Source: Cyanobacteriota bacterium
GTDB lineage: Bacteria > Cyanobacteriota > Cyanobacteriia > Thermostichales > Thermostichaceae
Direction: 5' to 3'
Assembly (NCBI GenBank): GCA_033764955.1
Contig: JANRIL010000001.1
Coordinates: 1-64,000 of the forward strand
DNA length: 64,000 nucleotides
Positions 1-9,229 of the stretch are shown one piece after another (position 1 is the first letter of the stretch; the number at the start of each line of letters is the position of its first letter). The notes below the pieces were generated by a model, which was given only the letters and a program-made list of their open reading frames with translations, was not told the origin of the DNA and searched no databases. Both the position numbers and the translations under genes were made by a program.

Positions 1-123
1 ATTGGCAGACTCAAGGTCTTTCGGATCTTGTCGGAGCGATACCGCAACCGTCGTCGTCGCTTTCGACTGCGCTTTAATCTAATTGCTGCTCTCTATAACT
101 TTGAGTTGGAGCTGTTTTTCTGA
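1..123 (+). mobile_element. IS5-family (ISL2/IS702-like) transposase, C-terminal end (partial)
   Basis: Frame 1 reads IGRLKVFRILSERYRNRRRRFRLRFNLIAALYNFELELFF*, matching the C-terminus of cyanobacterial IS702-like transposases; followed by a likely terminal IR GACTTTCGCAAGAGG (122-136). Confidence 0.8.
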
Positions 124-143
124 CTTTCGCAAGAGGTTCACTT

Positions 144-452
144 TTGACAAGGATCCACCATAGAAATGAACTGTTTGAGGTGAACCCTATGCGTGTCGAT
201 GAATTTCTCGGAACCCTACCCGATATTTCTGCTCCTTCTATCCCTGAGGATCTAGATCCCGCTGATGAAAATGCTCTGGAGCAGTACATCTACGATGTAA
301 TTCTTCATGCCTCTCGTGTGGAAGCCAAACTGAACGAGTCTCGTGGACGAGATGACCGGATCAATCGTTTCGCCACCACCATTAACGAGAGCGGTGCAGT
401 GAAATCGACCCTCACGGGTCGTGTGGATCTCTCCACCATTGTTGTGAGCTGA
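144..452 (+). CDS. hypothetical protein, possibly 5'-truncated by the IS
   Basis: 102-aa ORF with protein-like composition starting at TTG immediately after the IS end. Confidence 0.4.
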   Translation: MTRIHHRNELFEVNPMRVDEFLGTLPDISAPSIPEDLDPADENALEQYIYDVILHASRVEAKLNESRGRDDRINRFATTINESGAVKSTLTGRVDLSTIVVS

Positions 453-523
453 TAACCCCTTTAGTAAAAAATGCTTGCTCTGGGGATCCCCCTGGGGCAG
501 GTATTTTTCATAAACACTATTCT

Positions 524-964
524 TCAATGAATTGGATCCCCTAATGGTGGATGTCGTCCAACTTCTTTATCAGCGGCACGAATCACTAGAACTCGCTCTC
601 GGTTTAGTTGTAACACCTTAACTGTTGCTCGTCCCGTTGGGCTGATTCCCAAAATGAATAGGGTATCAGTTGACCAAGTGAAATGATCATTCCATCTGTC
701 TCTTCTGGGGTTGAATAAAGTTACCTCTTCCTTGGAATCTGGATCTATTCCAGCCTGATGATTTGACTTGCGACGGTTGCAATGGAAGCACGCCAGAGCT
801 AGATTCCCCAGATCATCACTGCCCCCTTCCTGCACCGGAACAACATGATCTACCGTAAACGACACATACTGCCATTGTTCTGAAGCATGACAATATTCAC
901 AACAATGCCTTGCTCTCTGCCGAACTTGCTCTTGCAATCTATCAGGAATTTTGCGACGAGACAC
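524..964 (-). CDS. HNH endonuclease
   Basis: CEYC...VDHVVP..GG.DDLGNLALACFHCN..K Zn/HNH motif and LFNPRRDRWNDHF tail. Confidence 0.9.
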   Translation of the reverse strand: MSRRKIPDRLQEQVRQRARHCCEYCHASEQWQYVSFTVDHVVPVQEGGSDDLGNLALACFHCNRRKSNHQAGIDPDSKEEVTLFNPRRDRWNDHFTWSTDTLFILGISPTGRATVKVLQLNRERVLVIRAADKEVGRHPPLGDPIH

Positions 965-969
965 AAGTG

Positions 970-1257
970 TTATGACTCTTCGGGGAATTGATGCCTAGCA
1001 TTCATCAACAGCACATTTCTAAGACTGCGATTGACGAAGCTGAGGTAATCATCAATCTCTTCATAGCAATCTAGTTCCGCTTCCTCATCTGAGGTGAGAC
1101 AAGTGGGATCCTTGGCAAGTAGCTGTTCAATGCGATGGTGGACAGCACTAGAAGCTCGGAAAATAGGGATCCCTTCCTGCAACTCAATCCGAACTGCCCC
1201 TTCAATGGGGAAGGAGTCAGGCAGATGATGAAGGCGGGGCATGACGGGTTGAAGCAT
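970..1257 (-). CDS. small antitoxin-like partner of the HNH nuclease
   Basis: RIEQLLAK...LTSDEEAELDCYEEIDDYLSFVNR motif typical of small genes preceding these cyanobacterial HNH genes; 5 bp from the HNH start. Confidence 0.65.
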   Translation of the reverse strand: MLQPVMPRLHHLPDSFPIEGAVRIELQEGIPIFRASSAVHHRIEQLLAKDPTCLTSDEEAELDCYEEIDDYLSFVNRSLRNVLLMNARHQFPEES

Positions 1258-1294
1258 GGCAGGCTGACCTGAATCGTATTGGTAACCCTAACAT

Positions 1295-1642
1295 TCAAGA
1301 AACCTCAACGGCCTCAGTTTCCAGAACCAGCGAGTCGGTGATGATAAAGATAGTTTGCTCTGAGTTGCCTAGCTTCAAAACTCTTGTATCAGAAGGCCAT
1401 TGCTTGAGGATCCGCCACAGTCTTGACCAGTAGGGATCCAACATCAATGGCTCAAAGAATTGCTCCCCAGGAATGCACTCACAGGGATCCCCTTGTGCCA
1501 GCCGCTCCCAGATTTTGGGTAAGGGAACTTGAGCCAGTTGCACGGGTTCATCCGCGTCACTGATATAGCTGAGTTTGGGCAGCAGGCGTTTTACCTGGTC
1601 GCGCAGGATGCTGGTTTTGGGGCGGCAACGGATCCGGGGCAT
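1295..1642 (-). CDS. nuclease A inhibitor (NuiA)-like protein, divergent
   Basis: LSYISDADEP...EQFF...VLKLG...IFII...LETEAVE resembles the NuiA pattern L.(Y/F).SE.D.P...FF...VYR.G...YI.G...T..VET. Confidence 0.55.
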   Translation of the reverse strand: MPRIRCRPKTSILRDQVKRLLPKLSYISDADEPVQLAQVPLPKIWERLAQGDPCECIPGEQFFEPLMLDPYWSRLWRILKQWPSDTRVLKLGNSEQTIFIITDSLVLETEAVEVS

Positions 1643-1645
1643 CGT

Positions 1646-1846
1646 TCATTCCTCCCACTCCAATTCAGATTCAGGAATCCAGCATTTTCCCTCAACTTCG
1701 GGGGCTTCCAATTGATAGAACCAGACGTTTTGAACAGGATCCCAGCGAAGTCCCAATATCAATCCATTGCCCAGCCACTCTCCGACAGAGAAAAGGGGTT
1801 GGGAGAAATTGAGGTGTTCTGTAGAAATAGGAGTAGAAACCATCAT
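1646..1846 (-). CDS. small hypothetical protein (DUF1392-like)
   Basis: 66 aa, P.FSVGE...G.ILGL...WFYQL; 3 bp upstream of the NuiA-like ORF. Confidence 0.4.
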   Translation of the reverse strand: MMVSTPISTEHLNFSQPLFSVGEWLGNGLILGLRWDPVQNVWFYQLEAPEVEGKCWIPESELEWEE

Positions 1847-2001
1847 TCGATTCTAGTGGAATGTTCAAATCATGGGGATACCCATTTAGTTTGAGTGGTC
1901 CTCAAATCGATAAACTTTATTCCTCTCTATGATCGCTGAGGGCATTAGCAAGGGTAATCAAGCGGATCCTCTGTAAGAAGATCATTTTCTCGATTCTCAC
2001 C

Positions 2002-3000
2002 CTAAGCTTTAGCAGCACATTGACTAACCTCAGCATTCAATGACCCATCCCATAAGGCTTTGACCGTAACTGGGCTAGCCAGCACCCCCGACTGGTAGAA
2101 CGCATCCGCCACTTTTTGTTGGGAGGCAATGGCTTCATCCGAGGTTGGTAAAACTTGTGGTTTTCGCTGGTCTAATCCTTGCTTTAGTTCGCTTAAAGCC
2201 ACGTCATAGTCAATCCCAGTAGCAGGCGAATAAACTTTCGTCCATTCCTCAGGGTTTTTGGCTTGCCAGTTGAAAAAAGATTGGATCCGACAGAGATAAT
2301 CGGCGATGGCAGCTTTTTTCCCCGGATCCTTGATCGCCCCTGGATCCGCCACGATCATAAAATTTCCACTGAGGATATCTTCGGCTGATTCTAGGATCCG
2401 AGCACCTTGTTTGATGGCTAATTGAATCGTGAACCCATAAGTTGCCATCGCCTCAATATTGCCACTAGTTAGTGCCGCAAAGCCATCGGTCGTATTCAGA
2501 GGGAGAGCTTCAATATCTCGGAAGGTGAGGCCAACTTTCTCCAGCATTTTCAGCAAAAAGTAGTGAGCAGTAGTGGATCGAACATAGCCCACTTTTTTGT
2601 TTTTGAGGTCATAAACAGTTTTGGCTTTTGAATCTTTGGAAACGATAAGTGCTTGACCACGAGTGGTATTTTTAGTGGCGGCAATGATCTTAATGGCAGA
2701 TTGTTCGGCAGCAAAAAGGGGGGGGATCTCACTACAAGAGGCTAGATCAATGGCTCCGGCGTTAATTGCCTGAATCATCAAATTACCACCTGTGAATTCG
2801 TTGTAAACAACCTTGTAGGGAAAGTTATCCACTTTCGCAGACTTCAACCCTAAATCCCAGCCTCCTTTATAGTGGGCAACTCGCAATGTCACTTTCGATA
2901 AATCGGTTTGGGCGGAGGCTTGAGTCGAGAATGCTGCCATCATCGCGCCTGAGGTGCCGAGCCAGCGAATCATCTGGCGGCGGTAATAGTGTTGAGTCAT
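2002..3000 (-). CDS. SsuA/NMT1-type ABC substrate-binding protein, Tat signal
   Basis: RRQMI twin-Arg signal, EFTGGNLMIQAINAGAIDL, DLKNKKVGY; ATG at 3000 preceded by GGAGG. Confidence 0.85.
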   Translation of the reverse strand: MTQHYYRRQMIRWLGTSGAMMAAFSTQASAQTDLSKVTLRVAHYKGGWDLGLKSAKVDNFPYKVVYNEFTGGNLMIQAINAGAIDLASCSEIPPLFAAEQSAIKIIAATKNTTRGQALIVSKDSKAKTVYDLKNKKVGYVRSTTAHYFLLKMLEKVGLTFRDIEALPLNTTDGFAALTSGNIEAMATYGFTIQLAIKQGARILESAEDILSGNFMIVADPGAIKDPGKKAAIADYLCRIQSFFNWQAKNPEEWTKVYSPATGIDYDVALSELKQGLDQRKPQVLPTSDEAIASQQKVADAFYQSGVLASPVTVKALWDGSLNAEVSQCAAKA

Positions 3001-3150
3001 GAGTTCAGCCTCCAATGCTAAGTTGAATTAGGCAAAATCTAGAACAAAAATCTGGCTCTCAATGCACCGACAATGATGCTGGGATCGTTGATGCCATTTC
3101 GACTGTCGCGCTTTCCTAAATGAGACTGTTGGTATTTGAGGACGGCTTTC

Positions 3151-3192
3151 GGGATGGGATCCTTCTCTGGCTGCGACGAGGCTCAACACCCC
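3151..3192 (-). ncRNA. conserved leader hairpin motif, copy A
   Basis: GGGGTGTTGAGCCTC-N10-GAGAAGGATCCCATCCC, 7 nt downstream of box 1. Confidence 0.55.
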
Positions 3193-3199
3193 TAGACCG

Positions 3200-3233
3200 A
3201 ATCTACGACAAGTCGATCGACTTACCGTACTTG
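3200..3233. promoter_or_regulatory. palindromic sulfur-cluster box 1
   Basis: AATC TACG ACAAGTCGATCGACTTAC CGTA CTTG. Confidence 0.75.
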
Positions 3234-3379
3234 ATTGTTTTTGTCATCTCATAGGTTGATGTATAAAGCCAGAAAATCAATTAATTTTAGGAGCATTTTT
3301 TTGGGTTTGTTGTTAAGCCTTTAATCCACCGATATCTTCTGATTTTAGTTTGGAGTAAACCGATCATTTCGAGAGGGGA

Positions 3380-4246
3380 TCACTGTAGCTTAAACCCTAA
3401 ATTTGATAACGCCTCTCGCAATCGATGGCGACCTGAAAGGGATTCGGATCCAGCCACTCGTTTTAGGGAATGCTCTGTCCAATCGCCAGGGATCTCCATC
3501 TGCTGGGTGGTGTAAAAATCGTTCATGATTTGGTTGTACTGATCGACAAGCTGTTGCTGCGGCTCCAGTTGATAGGTTTCACGGTGCAGCACAACGCCTT
3601 GGGGTAATCGGGGCTTAATCGCAGGCAGCGAGTCGGGATCCGGGTAGCCGATACATAGCCCAAACACCGGAAACACTTTGGTTGGCAACGCCAACTCAGC
3701 GGCAACAGCTTCTGGCTGATCTCGTAAGGCACCGATATAGACCGATCCCAAACCCAGCGATTCGGCTGCAATCACAGCATTCTGAGCTGCAAGAGCTGCA
3801 TCGACAACCGCCATCACAAACATTTCCAAATAATCCAGCGCCTCGTAGGGGAGATCTCGCTGATCGCCTAGCTGAGAGAGTCGGGCGAGATCTGCCAGCC
3901 AAACTAGAAACAAGGGGCATTGTCGAATATGGGCTTGTCCTCGTGCTAGATCGGCAAGTCTGGCTTTTTTACTTGCATCCTCGACTGCAACCACGCTCCA
4001 AGTTTGTAGATTAGAAGAGGTTGCAGCCGATTGAGCCGCCGCCATCAGTAGCTCTAAAGTGCCTGTGGGTAACGGATCCAGTCGGTAGGTGCGGATCGAG
4101 CGATGGGTGAGAAGAGTGCTTAAGCTTTCATTCCAACTGACCGATAGAGGATCCGGGTCGGATCCAGCGGTTCCATAACGGTTCTGAAATAGGTTCGTCC
4201 AACGCTCAAGACTAGCGATCATGATGGTTTCCCCACTTTGGGTCAC
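3380..4246 (-). CDS. NfsA/Frp-type nitroreductase-family NADPH:flavin oxidoreductase
   Basis: HRSIR, AAQSAATSSNLQTWSVVAV, AESLGLGSVYIG, KPRLP motifs. Confidence 0.9.
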   Translation of the reverse strand: MTQSGETIMIASLERWTNLFQNRYGTAGSDPDPLSVSWNESLSTLLTHRSIRTYRLDPLPTGTLELLMAAAQSAATSSNLQTWSVVAVEDASKKARLADLARGQAHIRQCPLFLVWLADLARLSQLGDQRDLPYEALDYLEMFVMAVVDAALAAQNAVIAAESLGLGSVYIGALRDQPEAVAAELALPTKVFPVFGLCIGYPDPDSLPAIKPRLPQGVVLHRETYQLEPQQQLVDQYNQIMNDFYTTQQMEIPGDWTEHSLKRVAGSESLSGRHRLREALSNLGFKLQ

Positions 4247-5037
4247 TCTAGTAAATCAGGCTGCTCTCGCACGATCTTGTCATAAAGGGGTTGGAAGCTA
4301 TACCAGCCCCCTTGAGAGGATCCGCCAGTTTTGCGCGCAGTATTCGGATCGATCTCGATAGGTTTGCCCAAGGATTCCGCCAAGATTTGGGTTCGACAGG
4401 CATCTTCCATCGTGATAAACCACCAAGCAGCTTCATCCACCGAATGCCCGACGGTGAGTAGGCCATGATTGCGCAAAATGATCGCTTTATGGTCTGCTAG
4501 GGCTTGGGCGATACGCTGTCCTTCCGAGGTGTCGAGAACGATCCCGGTATAGTCATCGAAAATGCTGTGATCTTCAAAAAAGGCGCAGGCATCTTGGGTC
4601 AACGGATCCAATAAGCGGCCTGTCGTAGACCACACTTTGCCATAGGGGGAATGAGAGTGCGCCGCCGCGATGATGTCAGGTCGAGCCGCATGAAGTTGAG
4701 AGTGAATGGCAAACGCTGCCTGATTAACCGGTCGATTCCCTTGGACGATCTCGCCACGATGGTTGACCAACAGCAGATCGCAAACGTGGATGTGTCCGAA
4801 GTAGACCGCTAGCGGATTCACCCAGAAATGGTCGAGCAGTTCCGGATCCCTGACCGTAATATGTCCAGCTAGACCGTAATCAAAGCCGTAATGGGCAAAC
4901 AAGCGCAGGGCTGCTGCTAGCCGTTGCTTCCGATATAAGCGTTCTTGATCGATCTGCTCGAATACAGGAGGGCTAGGCCAAGCAAATGATTCTGGAATCA
5001 ACGATTGCGAAATAGCCGGGGGGAGAGTTTGAGGCAT
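4243..5037 (-). CDS. class II aldolase/adducin family protein
   Basis: GHITVRDP, IHSQLHAARPD..AAAHSHS, ILRNHGLLTVG metal-binding His motifs. Confidence 0.9.
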   Translation of the reverse strand: MPQTLPPAISQSLIPESFAWPSPPVFEQIDQERLYRKQRLAAALRLFAHYGFDYGLAGHITVRDPELLDHFWVNPLAVYFGHIHVCDLLLVNHRGEIVQGNRPVNQAAFAIHSQLHAARPDIIAAAHSHSPYGKVWSTTGRLLDPLTQDACAFFEDHSIFDDYTGIVLDTSEGQRIAQALADHKAIILRNHGLLTVGHSVDEAAWWFITMEDACRTQILAESLGKPIEIDPNTARKTGGSSQGGWYSFQPLYDKIVREQPDLLE

Positions 5038-5081
5038 GAGGCAAGGATCCTTTGCTTGGGAGGGTTCTGGAGTGGTAGCGT

Positions 5082-6182
5082 TCAGGCGACGGCAACCGAT
5101 TGTCGATCACGGCGGGCAACTTCAGCTCGCACCAAGGGAATTAGATCGCGTCCATAGTCGATGGCATCTTGTAAGGGTTCAAAGCCTCGGATCAAGATCG
5201 TCTTTACCCCCACTTCGTAGTAACTGAGCAGAGATTCTGCCACCTGTTCGGGAGTACCCACGAGACAAGTGCTGTTCCCTCCGGCTCCAGTTGCCGCCGC
5301 AATGGCTGTCCAGAGTCGCTGATCATGAATCTCTCCGTCCGCTGCAAACTTGAGTAATCGTTGCGCTCCCACAGCTTGGGGTTGGACAGTCGCCAGCCGT
5401 TGACCACCCCGCAAAGCCACGATCCGCTCCAGAAAGTCGTGTGCCCTTGCCCATGCTTGCGTTTCCGTTGCCCCCAAAATCGGTCGCAGAGAGACGCTGA
5501 ACTCAGGAAAACGCCCATAAGGTAATGCAGCTGCTCGAACTTCGGTAATCCGCTCCCGAATTGCGGCAACAGGTTCTCCAAAGAGCATGAAAACATCCGC
5601 GTGTTTGGCACCGACTTGAATGGCTGGCTCCGAGGATCCGCCAAAGTAAAGGGGAATATGAGGCTGCTGGAAGGGTTTAACCTCAGAAAATGCTTGTTTG
5701 ACCCGATAAAACTGCCCCTCGTAGTCAAACGGATCTGGACTAGTCCAGGTCTTACGGACGATATCGAGATATTCATCGGTACGCTGGTAGCGAGCATCTT
5801 TTTCTGTCCAGTCACCATCCCTCTGTTGATCCGCGTCGCTGCCGCCCGTGATCGTGTGAACCGCGATTCGACCTTGGGTGAAGTGATCGAGGGTTGCTGC
5901 TGTCCGTGCTGCTAAGGTAGGAGCGACAAATCCGGGACGATGGGCAACCAAAAAATTCAGCTTTTCGGTGTGGGCTGCGGCATAACTGGCGATCCCAAAG
6001 CCATCGGGACTGCCAGCCGAATAGCCGATCAACACCCGGTCGAAGTCTCCTTGGTCGTGGGCGCGGGCGATATCTCGCAAAAACGCTTTATCAATCGGGT
6101 GATTGGCAGGTTCAAAAAAATTTCCACCTGATAGCTCAGTAGCAGGACGGGTGCTGATCAATCCAATGAAGTGAATCGGCAT
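5082..6182 (-). CDS. luciferase-like (LLM) flavin-dependent monooxygenase, SsuD-related
   Basis: AHRPGFVAPTLAAR.AATLD, LYFGGSSE, LVGTPEQVAE. Confidence 0.9.
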   Translation of the reverse strand: MPIHFIGLISTRPATELSGGNFFEPANHPIDKAFLRDIARAHDQGDFDRVLIGYSAGSPDGFGIASYAAAHTEKLNFLVAHRPGFVAPTLAARTAATLDHFTQGRIAVHTITGGSDADQQRDGDWTEKDARYQRTDEYLDIVRKTWTSPDPFDYEGQFYRVKQAFSEVKPFQQPHIPLYFGGSSEPAIQVGAKHADVFMLFGEPVAAIRERITEVRAAALPYGRFPEFSVSLRPILGATETQAWARAHDFLERIVALRGGQRLATVQPQAVGAQRLLKFAADGEIHDQRLWTAIAAATGAGGNSTCLVGTPEQVAESLLSYYEVGVKTILIRGFEPLQDAIDYGRDLIPLVRAEVARRDRQSVAVA

Positions 6183-6254
6183 CGTGGTCTCCTTCGGATC
6201 CGGTGTGATGGGGATAACTGTTCGATGGTTGAAGTAAAGATCTCAGCTACAGAT

Positions 6255-7352
6255 CTAGGCCACTGCCAATTGGCGTTCACGGCGAGCAACTTCCGAGCGA
6301 ACCAACGGGATCAGGTCGCGCCCATAATCGATGGCATCTTGCACCGGATCAAAGCCGCGAATTAACAGAGTGGTCGCTCCCGCCTCGTAATAGTCCACTA
6401 GCGATTCCGCCACTTGTTCGGGGGTGCCAACCAGAGCCGTCGTATTGCCATAGGCACCTGTAGCTGCTGCAATCGGAGTCCAAAGGCGCTTGTCATGAAT
6501 TTCTGCTTGGGCGGCAAAATCCAATAACCGTTGAGATCCGACCGATTGCGGTTGCACCGACTCCCGGATCCGTTTCCCCCCTCGGATATCTACAACTCGC
6601 TCCAAAATGGACTGAGCACGTTCCCAAGCTTTGGCCTCTGTGGATCCGAGAATGGGACGTAAAGAAACACTGAAGCGAGGTATGCGACCAAATGTATGAG
6701 CAATGTTCCGCACTTCGGCAATCCGTTCTTTCACAGCGGCAACTGGCTCTCCCCAGAGGGCATAGACATCGCTATGTTTGGCTCCGACCTCCACCGCGAT
6801 TCCTGAGGCTCCACCAAAATAAAGAGGAATCCCCGGATCCTGGAGGGGCTTTGCCTCTGAGAAAGCATCTTTGACCTGATAAAACTCACCCTCAAAATCA
6901 AAAGGGAGTACACTCGTCCAGACGCGGCGCAGGATTTCTAAATACTCATCAGTGCGGCGATAACGGGCATCATGATCTAGCCAATCTCCATCTCGTTGCT
7001 GCTCAGTGTCATTGCCACCTGTAATGATGTGGAGCGCGATCCGGCCTTCGCTGAAGTGATCTAGAGTTACGGCTTTACGAGCAGCCAATGTGGGAGCAAC
7101 AAATCCGGGGCGATGAGCGATTAAAAAGTTCAGCGTTTCCGTCACCGAAGCCGCATAAGAAGCCACACTAAACCCATCCGGCCCATTCGAGCCATAGCCA
7201 ATCAAAACTCGGTCAAAACCGCTCTTTTCATGGGTTTGGGCAAAGTGACGAACGAAATCTGGATCTACAGATCCGCCGGTGAGAGACACAGTGGATCCAT
7301 CCAATTCTGAGGCGTGGCAGGTGCCGATCATTCCCACAAATTCTACTGGCAT
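6255..7352 (-). CDS. LLM flavin-dependent monooxygenase, tandem paralog
   Basis: Same motifs as 5082-6182 with long identical blocks. Confidence 0.9.
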   Translation of the reverse strand: MPVEFVGMIGTCHASELDGSTVSLTGGSVDPDFVRHFAQTHEKSGFDRVLIGYGSNGPDGFSVASYAASVTETLNFLIAHRPGFVAPTLAARKAVTLDHFSEGRIALHIITGGNDTEQQRDGDWLDHDARYRRTDEYLEILRRVWTSVLPFDFEGEFYQVKDAFSEAKPLQDPGIPLYFGGASGIAVEVGAKHSDVYALWGEPVAAVKERIAEVRNIAHTFGRIPRFSVSLRPILGSTEAKAWERAQSILERVVDIRGGKRIRESVQPQSVGSQRLLDFAAQAEIHDKRLWTPIAAATGAYGNTTALVGTPEQVAESLVDYYEAGATTLLIRGFDPVQDAIDYGRDLIPLVRSEVARRERQLAVA

Positions 7353-7441
7353 GGGCTTTCTCCAATGAAGATAGCAAGATCAAACTAAGCAGGTAGCAAC
7401 GGTTCACCTGAAAAAGTAATCGACATTCCCAGTCTCTGGCA

Positions 7442-8521
7442 TCAGTTCGAAGCCTTGATCGAGGGGCAAATCGTGGAAGCAACATCTAGCTTTTTAGGCA
7501 AAATTTTGTTCTCTAGCATCCAATCCGCATTGGTTTGGATCCGAGCGATATCCTCAGCACTTGGCTTGACTAAATTGCCCGCATAAGTTCCCCGCAGATC
7601 GATCACTTTCTTCGCCACTACTGGCGATATTTTGAGCTGTTTGACCATGTAGTCGGCGGTTTTATCAGGATTTTGGAACATCCAAGTGGTTTCTTGATCC
7701 AACCCATTCAGAGCTGCTTCTACGGCTTGAGGAGCCTGAGTTGCCTTGTCCCGCCCAACAACCATCACACTATAGGTTAAGGGAGGTAGATCGACTGGGA
7801 TCCGTTGGGCTCCATGTTCTAATTCAGCAATCGTGTTGTATGGTTCCCACACTGCCCAGGCATCAACCTGTCCGTTAACCAATGCAGGCAGAGCATCGGG
7901 GGGAGCAATATTGAGTCGCTCAACTTTATCTTTGGGGACATTATTCACCTCTAGAGCTTTCAGCAGCAGCCATTCCCCTGCCCCACCAGTGTTGATCGCG
8001 ACTTTTTTCCCTACTAAATCAGCAATGGATTTGATGGGGGAATCTTTCGCCACCAGAATAACTTGGGTATTTCTCCGGCGTTTGTCATCAGGATCCGGCG
8101 GAATGACACGACCAATGCACAGAGGTTGTCCGGCAGCTAAGGCTGAAATGGTAGGAATGTCACCGCAGCCACCGATATCGGCATTATTGGTGATGATGGC
8201 CTGAAGTAAGGAAGCACATCGATCAAAAGGACCAGACCATTCAACTTTGATGTTTTTGGCTGCCAGTAATTTATCTAGTTCGCCCCGTTCTTGCGCAACC
8301 GGAAAAACTCCGCCGCCGCGTTGGTACCCTAATTTGATTGTTTGAGGCGATGAAGTTGTTTGAGCAGAAGTTTGGATCCCAGCGGAAACAACACCAACTA
8401 GGGCGGTGGCTAGCAGAGTTGCTACTAAATTGGCTTTTGGGGGATGAGCTTTTGATCCCCAGAGCTGTTGAGTAGTTATTCGTTTCATTTGTTTACTCTG
8501 AAATAGTGGACAAACAATCAT
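7442..8521 (-). CDS. SsuA-type aliphatic sulfonate-binding protein
   Basis: IKLGYQ, SPIKSIADLVGKKVA, VDAWAVWEPY; start uncertain. Confidence 0.85.
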   Translation of the reverse strand: MIVCPLFQSKQMKRITTQQLWGSKAHPPKANLVATLLATALVGVVSAGIQTSAQTTSSPQTIKLGYQRGGGVFPVAQERGELDKLLAAKNIKVEWSGPFDRCASLLQAIITNNADIGGCGDIPTISALAAGQPLCIGRVIPPDPDDKRRRNTQVILVAKDSPIKSIADLVGKKVAINTGGAGEWLLLKALEVNNVPKDKVERLNIAPPDALPALVNGQVDAWAVWEPYNTIAELEHGAQRIPVDLPPLTYSVMVVGRDKATQAPQAVEAALNGLDQETTWMFQNPDKTADYMVKQLKISPVVAKKVIDLRGTYAGNLVKPSAEDIARIQTNADWMLENKILPKKLDVASTICPSIKASN

Positions 8522-8785
8522 CTAACTATCGAAAGTTCTCAACTTGCCACAACTTGAAAGCAAGTGAGGATATTCATCTTCTTCCTCAATCAAGATCGGA
8601 ACCAAATGAACTCCCATCGCAGCTTTCAGTAAGAACCGAATCACCAATGTGAGTATGATAGTAGGGATCCAAATCCCCCAAAGAAAACCAAGCAACTGAA
8701 ATTGGATAATCGACTGAGGTTCATGAACAGATCCATCTAGATTAACTGGATCCAGTGGATTCAAAGGATGAAGGAAGGTGAGCAT
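8522..8785 (-). CDS. small single-TM hypothetical protein
   Basis: 87 aa, hydrophobic segment LLGFLWGIWIPTIILTLVIRFLL; abuts the SBP ORF. Confidence 0.4.
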   Translation of the reverse strand: MLTFLHPLNPLDPVNLDGSVHEPQSIIQFQLLGFLWGIWIPTIILTLVIRFLLKAAMGVHLVPILIEEEDEYPHLLSSCGKLRTFDS

Positions 8786-9018
8786 AAATTAAACCTGAAT
8801 GAAGAAACATCGGATCCGAGTATCTGTCGCAGAAAACTTTAGAAGATGCGCGTGGCTGAGTGACAACCAAACGGTCGCCGATAGCCGCTTTTAGAAAATG
8901 AATTTACTCAACCCTGGTGCTAGACAAAGCCGATGCCTAACCAAGATAGGTAACGATGAATCCAAAAACTTCTTCTCCCAAACCATGCTTCAGTACCTTC
9001 TCTCGGTGACTGTGATCT

Positions 9019-9055
9019 GGGATGGATCCTTCTCAACGTAGAGGCCCAATCGCCC
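9019..9055 (-). ncRNA. conserved leader hairpin motif, copy B
   Basis: GGGCGATTGGGCCTC-TACGTT-GAGAAGGATCCATCCC. Confidence 0.55.
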
Positions 9056-9150
9056 TGTGAAAAAATCAAAAATACTGTGAGTCCGTCAAATCATTGGCTA
9101 GACTGACCTGCGAGATCGATAAGCTCTATTAACTGAATCGTAAGTTGCTT

Positions 9151-9184
9151 AATCTACGATATGTTGATCAAGATACTGTATTTT
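9151..9184. promoter_or_regulatory. palindromic box 2
   Basis: AATC TACG ATATGTTGATCAAGATAC TGTA TTTT. Confidence 0.75.
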
Positions 9185-9229
9185 GATTGATTTTCAGTAA
9201 AGCACAGGATCCTAAAATGTGCAAGCGAG

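Noticed and set aside
3151..3195. TPP or SAM riboswitch identity for the leader hairpin
   Set aside because: CTAGGGGTG and GAGA resemble the TPP 5' part, but the downstream ACCTGA/TAAT/GCGTAGGGAA core is absent; no SAM-I consensus either
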